From positions 1 through 38,326 of IMG/VR virus record IMGVR_UViG_3300006120_000006: DNA of 38,326 bases; one strand, written 5' to 3'. Within the stretch, counting starts at the first letter, position 1. Each line of letters begins with the position of its first letter. The translations under genes and the position numbers were made by a program. The notes beneath the pieces were generated by a model. The model searched no databases. It was not told the origin of the DNA and worked only from the letters and a program-made list of their open reading frames with translations. This document shows positions 26,140 through 33,891 of this stretch, piece by piece. The stretch comes from a virus (taxonomy: Duplodnaviria; Caudoviricetes).

Positions 26140-26577
26140 CTTCAAGTAATTTAGAAACCCTGTTTATTTGCGATTTAAGCTGTTGTAAGGCATATATGGT
26201 ATTCCTATCGTACTGGTGTGTTTCTGCTCGGTTATCCTCAATTTTAGGCTTTTGACGAGCAGTTTTTTCTAGTTCTACCCAATCGTTTGAGTGTAATCCT
26301 ATAATCCACTCATTTTCAGGCATACCATCTAGGTGAATTGCAAGTAATGGTGAATTATGAGCTATAGAAGAATCTCGTGTAACCTGTCTCCAACATTCTT
26401 TTAGGTTCAATTTTTTAACAGTCTTAACTTCCATTGAGTAATCCAAACCATTAACGATATCTGATTTATGTGTTGATCCGCCACTAGCACTATCTCTGAA
26501 AGCCTTGAATCCATGTGAACGCAAGAAAGTGGCAAATTGATTTTCTCCTGCATTACCCTTTTTTTTGCGTTCACCAT
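26126..26577 (-). CDS. Hjc-like Holliday junction resolvase (PD-(D/E)XK), frameshifted in an A8 run
   Basis: Adding one A gives MVNAKKKGNAGENQFATFLRSHG...SDI...MEVK; 150 aa. Confidence 0.75.
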
Positions 26578-26578
26578 T

Positions 26579-26917
26579 TTATTCTTTATAAGGCTTAGCT
26601 ATGTCTTTGATAATTTTATCCTCCTTAATTTTAGGTTGATAGCCTAATTGTAACATTTTATCTTCTTCCAACGACTGCTTATCCGAATAATCCGAGCCAC
26701 GAAGTTCAGGACATTCCTGTAAAACCTGTCTAAAGTTTCTATCGTAACTTGCACCAGTAACTATAATATCCTCCATGAGCTTTTCATCTATTCCAGTTTG
26801 TAAGCGAGATGAAAACTTATTTAGAAGTAATCGAGCAATAAAGACGTTTTTATTTTTGCGTTCTCTTGCAAGAGGATATTGCTGTAGCTTGGATTTTATT
26901 TCGTCAAAGTGAGACAT
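26579..26917 (-). CDS. Hypothetical protein
   Basis: ORF track. Confidence 0.65.
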   Translation of the reverse strand: MSHFDEIKSKLQQYPLARERKNKNVFIARLLLNKFSSRLQTGIDEKLMEDIIVTGASYDRNFRQVLQECPELRGSDYSDKQSLEEDKMLQLGYQPKIKEDKIIKDIAKPYKE

Positions 26918-26926
26918 GGTTTTAAA

Positions 26927-27253
26927 TTAAAACGGAATTTCGTCTGCTGGAATATCTGCTGATAATTCTCCTTGTGGAGCTTGTTTGTCCTTAAACATTA
27001 TTCCATCACCAAGAATTACCGATTTAACTTTGTTTTCTCTATCTTCTTTTGTCTGGGGGATAGTTAAAAAATGAGTTTTCCATAATTGGTATGTATCGCC
27101 TTCTTTAAGTAACTTTGCTTCTTTGACTGGCACTATATCAAGTGCAATTTCTCTAACTGTGATTTCTTTTCCATCTTTTGTAGTAAAAGTACGAGAAGTT
27201 ATCTTTGACTTGTCTATTTTTGAAACATCAATTTTTATTGAGATTTTGTCCAT
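26927..27253 (-). CDS. Single-stranded DNA-binding protein
   Basis: C-terminal DEIPF tail; recombination module context. Confidence 0.7.
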   Translation of the reverse strand: MDKISIKIDVSKIDKSKITSRTFTTKDGKEITVREIALDIVPVKEAKLLKEGDTYQLWKTHFLTIPQTKEDRENKVKSVILGDGIMFKDKQAPQGELSADIPADEIPF

Positions 27254-27255
27254 GT

Positions 27256-28044
27256 TTATTTCTTAAATGTTGCTACTAATCTATAGATACTTGTTTCTAC
27301 AATTATATCAGTTTTTTGATTATAATTGTTGTCTGCAAGAAACTTCTGATATTTTTTGCTAGCTTCTAATTTTGCTTGTGCCTCTGCCTCTTTCTTTTCT
27401 GCTAACTCCTTGTCACGCTTTTCTTTTTCGACCTTTTCTTGTGCCTCACGCTTTACCTTTGCTATGGCATCAACCTTGTCTTTTTCAGCCTTAGCCAAAG
27501 CCTGTTTCTTTTCTATTTCTGCCTTTTCAACCATTTCTTTCTTGATTCGTTCCTCTCTTACCTTTTGGTCAGCCTCACGTTTCTTTTCAGCTTCTTTCTT
27601 TGCAATATTAGAAGTGTTTTCAGCAATCTTTTCTTGGAAGAAAGCAACCCATTGTGTGTCATCAAGTGTCAAAATGAAATCATCTGACACTGGTGAAATA
27701 TCTAGTGAAGCAAGTGACTGTTTTTTACCTGCCAAAAGTGATCTACGGATTTCCATAGTATTTTTGAATTCCTCTGCATCAAGAATATCCTTAAACTTCT
27801 TCTCGACTGGTTCAGTTATTGCGAGATATTCGTTACGTTTATCGAATACTTTACTACGAAAGTCATTTGCACCGTCTACCATTTCTTTTTCTTGTTTCTT
27901 GATTGTTGTGCGTATCTTCACAAACTTCTTATGCTCTTCTTTGACGGCTTCGATGTCTGATAGGTCTACGTGTTCCGATTCCTTTGCAATGGCTTGCAAA
28001 GCTTCTAGTGTATAGTCAAATTTAATTACAAATTCTGTAGTCAT
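27256..28044 (-). CDS. Coiled-coil protein of the recombination module
   Basis: E/K/A-rich helix; lies between exonuclease and SSB. Confidence 0.65.
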   Translation of the reverse strand: MTTEFVIKFDYTLEALQAIAKESEHVDLSDIEAVKEEHKKFVKIRTTIKKQEKEMVDGANDFRSKVFDKRNEYLAITEPVEKKFKDILDAEEFKNTMEIRRSLLAGKKQSLASLDISPVSDDFILTLDDTQWVAFFQEKIAENTSNIAKKEAEKKREADQKVREERIKKEMVEKAEIEKKQALAKAEKDKVDAIAKVKREAQEKVEKEKRDKELAEKKEAEAQAKLEASKKYQKFLADNNYNQKTDIIVETSIYRLVATFKK

Positions 28045-28646
28045 TTTATTTTTGATTCAATTTCGTTAATAAGTTTCTCTCCTATTACTAGACCTGTCTT
28101 TATCTTCTCTCGCATTACCAAATCAACTCCGATACGCTTGATAAGTAAATATTTCTTGTAGTTAGGGTTATAGGCTACAAAGTCGCACCAAGCCGTATTA
28201 CATATAAGCATTTGCATTTGCATTTGCCACATGTATTTACTCTCAATCTTAAAGTCTTCTTCGAGTGTCATTTCAAAATGTTTAGTATCATCGAAGCACT
28301 TTATTTCAACTAGTCCGTCAGTTTGTACTACACCATCAGGACTACAACCTGCTACATTCGATACTTTAGGATTAGTAACAAATCCTACGACTTCAACAGT
28401 ATTACCAGTTTCAAGCTCATAGAGGCTTCTAGCTTGTGGTTCAAGCTCAATACCACGCTCTAAGTCTTTGTTGGTATATTGCTCACGATCTGCGCTACTG
28501 TACTTTTGAGCCATTTTCTCCATTACAAGAGTTTCAAGACCTTTTCCTTGATTTCCTATAGCCTGTGCCTCAGAAGCGGTTAGAGGGTACTGTAGGCGTA
28601 ATGCGTGCCATTCAGGAGTATTCTGTTCGACTTGATGAATCTTCAT
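28041..28646 (-). CDS. YqaJ/lambda-exonuclease family protein
   Basis: EQNTPEW..LR, TASE, RGIELEPQAR, CSPDG, EIKC, QMQMQM; ATG 28646. Confidence 0.9.
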   Translation of the reverse strand: MKIHQVEQNTPEWHALRLQYPLTASEAQAIGNQGKGLETLVMEKMAQKYSSADREQYTNKDLERGIELEPQARSLYELETGNTVEVVGFVTNPKVSNVAGCSPDGVVQTDGLVEIKCFDDTKHFEMTLEEDFKIESKYMWQMQMQMLICNTAWCDFVAYNPNYKKYLLIKRIGVDLVMREKIKTGLVIGEKLINEIESKIK

Positions 28647-28647
28647 A

Positions 28648-29346
28648 CTATTCTTTGTTAGCCTCGATGATAAACTTCTTTTGGGCTGTAATAAGACTTG
28701 CAAACTCATTTCCTAGACCTTTGTGTTCTTCGTAGAGCTTTTTAAGGTCTTCAAGATTAGTTATTTCTTCAATCTTTGGTTTGAGTGCCTCAATCTTTTC
28801 GTTTGATTTCTTGTCCTCTGTGGCATCTGAATCTTCGTCACCAGTCAAAATACCGAGGGCATTACAAAAGGCATAACGCTTTGCAAAAGTAATTCTCGCA
28901 CCATGTTTCTGCGGATCAGACATATACTCCTCTGCACCGATAGGAATTTGGAATGAACTAATTTCTGAATGTCCGAGCTTGTGGGTAATCTTACAGATAG
29001 CTGTGATACTCTTATCATCTTTCTTTTCATCGAAAGAGTATGACAACCCTGCCTCTGCAAGTGGTTTCTGAACCTGCGAAACGATTGAATCAAGCGGAGC
29101 ATACTTGTAACGAATAGACTTGCCGTCTTTATTCATAACTTTCTTCTCCTTTTTAATTACTGGACATTCTGACTGGAATGTAGCAATCGCATCTGTAAAA
29201 GCCTCACGAGCCTGTTCTGCTTTCAACTCCTTACGCATTGCAAGGAGCTTTTCAAGTGTCTCGATAGAAGCACCTTTTGAGATTGCTTGACCTATTAGAC
29301 TTTCTACTTCTTGTGTTTCTTTGTTTACTGCAATTTCTTTTGTCAT
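28648..29346 (-). CDS. erf: ERF-family ssDNA annealing protein
   Basis: YKYAPLDSI, PQKHGARITFAKRY...GI.TGDEDSD. Confidence 0.88.
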   Translation of the reverse strand: MTKEIAVNKETQEVESLIGQAISKGASIETLEKLLAMRKELKAEQAREAFTDAIATFQSECPVIKKEKKVMNKDGKSIRYKYAPLDSIVSQVQKPLAEAGLSYSFDEKKDDKSITAICKITHKLGHSEISSFQIPIGAEEYMSDPQKHGARITFAKRYAFCNALGILTGDEDSDATEDKKSNEKIEALKPKIEEITNLEDLKKLYEEHKGLGNEFASLITAQKKFIIEANKE

Positions 29347-29349
29347 AAA

Positions 29350-29523
29350 TTATAAATTAAACTTTAATGATGCGACTACTCCCTTTGCTAATAATAATCT
29401 CTTGTGTGCTTTGATTCTGCGGAGTTTAGCGTTTTCCTCTGCCTTTTGAGCTTCAACACTTTCAGTCATAGCTTCTCCAAGCTCTTTGATTGCTTCGTTT
29501 ACTTGTTATTGTGTGATTGGCAT
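29350..29523 (-). pseudogene. 57-codon ORF with an in-frame TAA at codon 6 (or a 39-aa gene from ATG 29469)
   Basis: ATG CCA ATC ACA CAA TAA CAA GTA... open to TAA 29352-29350; the ATG overlaps the upstream stop (TAATG). Confidence 0.5.
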
Positions 29524-30074
29524 TATTTTATTTTTTTAATTGCTTGTATCATCACGTTAAGATTTAAGCGAGTTGAGCAGTTGATCCAATCAGTTGCCAT
29601 ATTTTTGCTTTGAAACATGATTGCTTGTGCTAATTCACCAGACTGCTGGTAATCTAAGGCTATCAAAATCGCTTCTTTACCTGTTACTACTTTATTAAAT
29701 AAAGTCTTTTCGTAATAGATAACTGTTGCTTTCTTAAACTGTAATGTGCCGTAACTCATAGCTTTATCATCATTCTTTCCGCCTAACTTTGGATCATATG
29801 TTACTAGTCCGTCTGATTCTTTAAAACCCTCACTTTCACATGAACGAACTTGCTCGACTAGATTCTTTTCAAGACTATCAATTTTCTGTGCATACATTTC
29901 TGGTGAAATGTCTTTTTCTATTGTGTTAGTAATAATGTTTGGGTGCTGGTGCTGATAATACATCGCTAAACCAACTCCGACTATTACGAACAACACTGGC
30001 AATCCTAGAAACTTTGTAACGAACCACTTTGAACTTGTAAACTTTCCCTCACTATCACGATTTATATTTGTCAT
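29523..30074 (-). CDS. Membrane-anchored lysozyme-like/Rpf-like transglycosylase
   Basis: RDSEGKF, TM helix, then SCESEG...SYGTLQFKKAT...W.NC. Confidence 0.6.
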   Translation of the reverse strand: MTNINRDSEGKFTSSKWFVTKFLGLPVLFVIVGVGLAMYYQHQHPNIITNTIEKDISPEMYAQKIDSLEKNLVEQVRSCESEGFKESDGLVTYDPKLGGKNDDKAMSYGTLQFKKATVIYYEKTLFNKVVTGKEAILIALDYQQSGELAQAIMFQSKNMATDWINCSTRLNLNVMIQAIKKIK

Positions 30075-30123
30075 AATTTTTAGTTAATAGATTTTTAATT
30101 ATCTAGTAACTGGGTAGGTTTCG

Positions 30124-30370
30124 AAAGTTGATAGGACACTGGGGACAAGGATTTGCACCTTGCATGTGAGCCTTCAGTAAAGTAATAAACAGCTCATCCC
30201 CGATTGGACACTGGGTACACCGTTATGGGTGAACATTTAATCAACGGCAGGTTCAATTTTTTCATGTATCAGATGTTAGGGATTTCCTAATAACTGATAT
30301 TTAGAATACTTTTGGTAATTACTTTTTGGGAGGTTTACCTATTCCACCACCCCAGTGTCCTATCAACTTT
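30124..30370 (-). ncRNA. tRNA-Leu-derived structured RNA B, with a 21-bp closing stem and a ~165-nt insert replacing the anticodon arm
   Basis: Perfect inverted repeat 30124-30144/30350-30370; TGGTGGAATAGGTAAACC D-like arm; CAAGG-TGCAAAT-CCTTG T arm. Confidence 0.7.
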
Positions 30371-30380
30371 TCAATGAACT

Positions 30381-30554
30381 CTATGCGTATGCGACTTTCT
30401 TCTTACTAATCCACTCCATAAACTTTTTTAATCTTTCTTCTTTTTCAATTCTAGTTTCTTCTTCTTGTATCTCTCGCATATCTAGGAATGGTTGCTCTGG
30501 AATATCCTCCGAGAGGAACACTTCCTCGATCATTTTTACTTGCTTTTTTGACAT
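30381..30554 (-). CDS. Small acidic protein (57 aa, MSKKQVKMIEE...)
   Basis: Hand-translated; first ORF after the promoter at 30683-30711. Confidence 0.55.
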   Translation of the reverse strand: MSKKQVKMIEEVFLSEDIPEQPFLDMREIQEEETRIEKEERLKKFMEWISKKKVAYA

Positions 30555-30682
30555 AATTACTTTGGCTCTATTCTATCCCCAAGCCCACCGATATTTAGGC
30601 TTTGTACAGTATTCAAAGAATCGGAGTAAGGGATAGAATAGAACGGGCTTGTTATGTTTGTAATGTATCGACCTATGTAGAT

Positions 30683-30727
30683 ATCTTAGCAAAAGGATAT
30701 ACGCCTGTCAAACGCCACTTATCCACA
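30683..30727 (-). promoter_or_regulatory. Early promoter with upstream DnaA box
   Basis: TGTGGATAA-N7-TTGACA-N17-TAAGAT with extended TG. Confidence 0.75.
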
Positions 30728-30734
30728 GGGTATA

Positions 30735-30911
30735 TTATTTCCTACCAACACGCATTTTTCTTAGACGATCTGCCTTTTGTTCAATGGTTAATTTAGCCCA
30801 TGAAGCCCTACCAGCTTTTGAAGCACTCTTTACACGCTCTTCTGGTGTAAGTGAGTTATTGTGTTTGATAATATTCTTTTTTACTTTCTCTATCCATTTT
30901 GGTTTTGTCAT
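30735..30911 (-). CDS. Small basic putative DNA-binding protein, leaderless (58 aa)
   Basis: LTPEERVKSASKAGRASWAKL motif; ATG 7 nt after the -10. Confidence 0.65.
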   Translation of the reverse strand: MTKPKWIEKVKKNIIKHNNSLTPEERVKSASKAGRASWAKLTIEQKADRLRKMRVGRK

Positions 30912-30918
30912 ATAGGCT

Positions 30919-30947
30919 AGTTTAACGCTGAATTTGTAAAATGTCAA
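30919..30947 (-). promoter_or_regulatory. Sigma70 promoter for a leaderless transcript
   Basis: TTGACA-N17-TAAACT-N7-ATG. Confidence 0.7.
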
Positions 30948-31413
30948 TTACTTATTTATCAACTCTATCTCAAATGTATCTTGCAACTTCATTACCACAC
31001 TTCCGAAAGCAGGGGATTTTCCTGTTTTACCTAGACCACTTTCAAAGTTAATTCTTCCGTTTGGAACATAGACTCTGCCCCCCCCCAACAGCGTTATGGA
31101 ATCTGGCAGTAGTCATAAACTCAATAGGAAATAAAATATAGATTTCATTCTTTGCTTTAAGATAAGTAAACCACGCTTTAGCTAGAAACTCGTGTTTTCG
31201 TGTGAATGGAGGATTTATCCATATCCGTTTATATTGCGACCAATCTTTTGAAAGTCCGTCAGTTTCAATCGTGTCAAAGTTAGGTACACCAAACTCCTCT
31301 GCCTTTTCTCTCGTAGTTGCAGGATCGTAATCAAACTTACCGAACCTATCCACAAAGGATTTAGGTGTGTAGTATTCGTTATCTTTCGTGAATTGTACTT
31401 GTGATTTTGCCAT
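30948..31413 (-). CDS. Phage Dam-type N6-adenine DNA methyltransferase, frameshifted in a G9 tract
   Basis: NEYYTP, FDYDPA, WINPPF; with G8 it continues GRVYVPNGRINF...SPAFGSVV to TAA 30948 (154 aa). Confidence 0.8.
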
Positions 31414-31416
31414 ATA

Positions 31417-31662
31417 TTATAAATCTATTTCAGGTAATTCTTTTAATGTTTTAACTGCAAACTCCTCAAGTGATAAGGTTTTTCTACAACGCCATGATCT
31501 CTTAAATATCTTCCGATTATTAGCACTATCTTTTTCTCCTATTTCCTTTAACCACTTTTTATAATCAATTCTATTCATGGCGATTCTAAGAGCTTTTTGC
31601 TTTCTACTGCAATGTAGTTTATATGCGGATAGTATTAACATGGAAGTTTCTCTTTTGGTCAT
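31417..31662 (-). CDS. Hypothetical basic protein
   Basis: ORF track. Confidence 0.55.
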   Translation of the reverse strand: MTKRETSMLILSAYKLHCSRKQKALRIAMNRIDYKKWLKEIGEKDSANNRKIFKRSWRCRKTLSLEEFAVKTLKELPEIDL

Positions 31663-32120
31663 TTAATTCTCAATCTTTTACTTACTTCTGATAATGCTTT
31701 GTCTTTTCCAACACCATCAAGTAATCGTGTATTTGATTCTGAACCGTCTCGTAACTTTAATATCTCACTTTCTTCAATAGGAACTCCGCCAGATTCAAGC
31801 AATTTTACTTGTCCGCTTCTCATCAATTCAAACACTTTATTTTTATGGGCTTCAATAACACAATCGTAGTTAGGACAATCTCGTTTGATTTGGTTAAAGT
31901 CTTCTCCGTCTTTTGGTTCATAAAATTCATTCCAGCCAGTATGTTTATGCCAGTGTGGAGTAATGCTGATTATGTTTCTACCGTTAATGTAGGCATTTTT
32001 GAGTTGAACAGGAACACCAGCAACCTGTGCATAAATAGCTTTTTGTAAATCTTTTTCCTCGATTGAAACTTGGTCGGCTATTGAAAAGCCATATTTAACT
32101 TTGAAATATCTTTTGCTCAT
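31659..32120 (-). CDS. Hypothetical protein (follows the initiator)
   Basis: ORF track; ATGA-coupled. Confidence 0.65.
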   Translation of the reverse strand: MSKRYFKVKYGFSIADQVSIEEKDLQKAIYAQVAGVPVQLKNAYINGRNIISITPHWHKHTGWNEFYEPKDGEDFNQIKRDCPNYDCVIEAHKNKVFELMRSGQVKLLESGGVPIEESEILKLRDGSESNTRLLDGVGKDKALSEVSKRLRIK

Positions 32121-32863
32121 ATTAGTAATAGTTGATTATTTTTAATTTTTTGTAATTGTGTTGCTAATTTTCCCCATTTCTCTTTCAATTCATACGGACT
32201 TGTAATTATAGGGCAGAAATCTAGGTTATTTGATTTTGGAAGTAATTTTATGACTTTTAATACTTTTTCTAGACCATATTCATTTACAAGAAAATCGGCA
32301 CTAGCTCTTTGAGTCTTGTTTGCATAATAGGTCTTATTTTTTGGATCAACTTCTTCTAAGGCTTTTATTACTTCTGCTCCTTCTGGAGTAAATTGAGGTT
32401 TTTTATCGTCTTGCGAGGTTTCCTCGCCTGTGTTTATTGTATTCTTATCATTCTTTACCTTCTTATCATTCTTGTTTGTGTATCGTCTGCTGTCTTTCTG
32501 CTGTCTTTCTGCTGTATGGTCTGTTGTCTTGTCTGATTGATATATATCGTAATTTACTATGGTAATTATGGTTGTTAGTGATGTTTTCTGTTGTCTTATA
32601 TTTGACTCATTCTCCAACCACTTTAGAAACCGTCTCACTTTATCCCTAGACCAACCCCACCGTTGAGCCATTGTAAGCTCCGACCAGCCTAATTGACCAC
32701 GCAAAATGTTAACTTCATTACCCCTAACCCAGAAGCTACCTGCGGTGTGGTTTGCATTAGCAAATAGATCAACCCAAGCTTGTGCTTTGGTGAAAGGTTC
32801 AGAAAGCCATAACTTATTACTGAACATCTGCCTGTGAAGTTTTACCCAGTTGCCGTTATTCAT
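32117..32863 (-). CDS. Replication initiator (lambda-O-like/replisome organizer)
   Basis: GNWVKLHR...ANH...RGQ...RWGWS..VRRFL winged-helix N-terminus; internal iterons; ATG 32863. Confidence 0.8.
   Translation of the reverse strand: MNNGNWVKLHRQMFSNKLWLSEPFTKAQAWVDLFANANHTAGSFWVRGNEVNILRGQLGWSELTMAQRWGWSRDKVRRFLKWLENESNIRQQKTSLTTIITIVNYDIYQSDKTTDHTAERQQKDSRRYTNKNDKKVKNDKNTINTGEETSQDDKKPQFTPEGAEVIKALEEVDPKNKTYYANKTQRASADFLVNEYGLEKVLKVIKLLPKSNNLDFCPIITSPYELKEKWGKLATQLQKIKNNQLLLI
32441..32535. repeat. Iteron-like repeats, probable origin of replication
   Basis: TCTG(C/T)TGT(CTT) x4 at 11-12-bp period (32486-32531), next to 2x TTCTTATCATTCTT. Confidence 0.65.
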
Positions 32864-32967
32864 ATTTATAAGCAAACAAAGCCACTCCAAATGTAGACGG
32901 CAAAGAAAACATTTGAAATGGCGTTATTCGATTATAAAAATATACTATGCCGTCTTTCATAGAGAGT

Positions 32968-32995
32968 ATTATATACCTTCTTTTTTCATACGCAA
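32968..32995 (-). promoter_or_regulatory. Leftward promoter of the replication operon
   Basis: TTGCGT-N16-TATAAT. Confidence 0.55.
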
Positions 32996-33015
32996 GTTTC
33001 AAAAGTCTAATAACT

Positions 33016-33060
33016 TGTGGATAAAGTCATCTTGCTTTTAATCGTACGCCTAAGTATAAT
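33016..33060 (+). promoter_or_regulatory. Rightward promoter with upstream DnaA box
   Basis: TGTGGATAA-N7-TTGCTT-N17-TATAAT. Confidence 0.75.
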
Positions 33061-33073
33061 GGATTTACTACAT

Positions 33074-33169
33074 ATGATACTCATTGCAATATTACTACTA
33101 TGCTATGGATTCTTTGACGCTTCTACGCCAGCTTTTATATTTGGACTTATCCTACTTTTACTTTCATAA
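33074..33169 (+). CDS. Small hydrophobic peptide (31 aa)
   Basis: MILIAILLLCYGFFDASTPAFIFGLILLLLS*, just after the promoter. Confidence 0.45.
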   Translation: MILIAILLLCYGFFDASTPAFIFGLILLLLS

Positions 33170-33170
33170 A

Positions 33171-33419
33171 ATGATTTTTCTATTTTCAATAATTGCTTTT
33201 GCTCTTGGAGTTATAATTGGATTACTTATCGCTATTGTCATGCTTGGTGTTGCTGATAGATACAAGGAAAACATCGGCACAGTAGTTGATAAAGTATCTT
33301 CAAAAGTCGTGAGCCACCTTCCTCATGGTGAAGGGTACATTATAGGATTATCAGAAGAAGAACAGTCGTTTAAGGATAGTTTAAAAGAGAAAGAGAAAAC
33401 AGGAGAGCCATTAGAATAA
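33171..33419 (+). CDS. Single-TM membrane protein
   Basis: ATG 33171; hydrophobic N-terminus. Confidence 0.6.
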   Translation: MIFLFSIIAFALGVIIGLLIAIVMLGVADRYKENIGTVVDKVSSKVVSHLPHGEGYIIGLSEEEQSFKDSLKEKEKTGEPLE

Positions 33420-33442
33420 TTTTATAGAATAATTTTAATACA

Positions 33443-33652
33443 ATGTCAGAAACAAAAATAAAACCAGCAGAATTATCAATCGAAGAGCAAGAGAAAAAAG
33501 AAGTCGCCGCCTTTTTTGAAGATTACAAGAAACTTACAGTAAAACATGGTTATGATATCGGTGCAGTCTTGGATTACGGAAAGAACGGAATACAGGCTCG
33601 CCCACAGATTATTAAATTAGAAACTGAAAAAGTTAATAAATCTAAAAAATAA
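33443..33652 (+). CDS. Hypothetical protein
   Basis: ORF track; coupled to groES. Confidence 0.6.
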   Translation: MSETKIKPAELSIEEQEKKEVAAFFEDYKKLTVKHGYDIGAVLDYGKNGIQARPQIIKLETEKVNKSKK

Positions 33653-33891
33653 TGAAAGCCACAGGAGAATTTGTACAAGTACAACTACCAAAAGAAAAGC
33701 CGAAAGGTTTTGTTTCTACGGAAACTGTTATGCGTGAGGGACAGATTTTATCAATAGGAAAGGAAGCAAGCGAAAAGAATCCTGATCTAAAAGTCGGACT
33801 CAAAGCATTGTTTTCAAAAGAGTCTCACGTTATAGAACATGCCAATTTTTTCTTCGTAAATTATAAGTCAATAGTTGCAATATCAAAATGA
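33652..33891 (+). CDS. groES: GroES-like co-chaperonin (divergent, short mobile loop)
   Basis: GQILSIG, LKVG..ALF, IVAI pattern; ATGA-coupled to groEL. Confidence 0.7.
   Translation: MKATGEFVQVQLPKEKPKGFVSTETVMREGQILSIGKEASEKNPDLKVGLKALFSKESHVIEHANFFFVNYKSIVAISK

Noticed and set aside
27356-28015. 219-aa + strand ORF and other antisense ORFs (e.g. 805-1065, 2955-3233, 8833-9120, 13203-13556, 36497-36904)
   Set aside because: Shadows of well-supported genes on the opposite strand, with low-complexity mirror translations.
30124-30370. MITE/IS element or canonical tmRNA
   Set aside because: The inverted repeats are continuous with tRNA-like D and T arms, no transposase or clear target duplication is visible, and there is no Ala acceptor identity, CCA or evident tag ORF.
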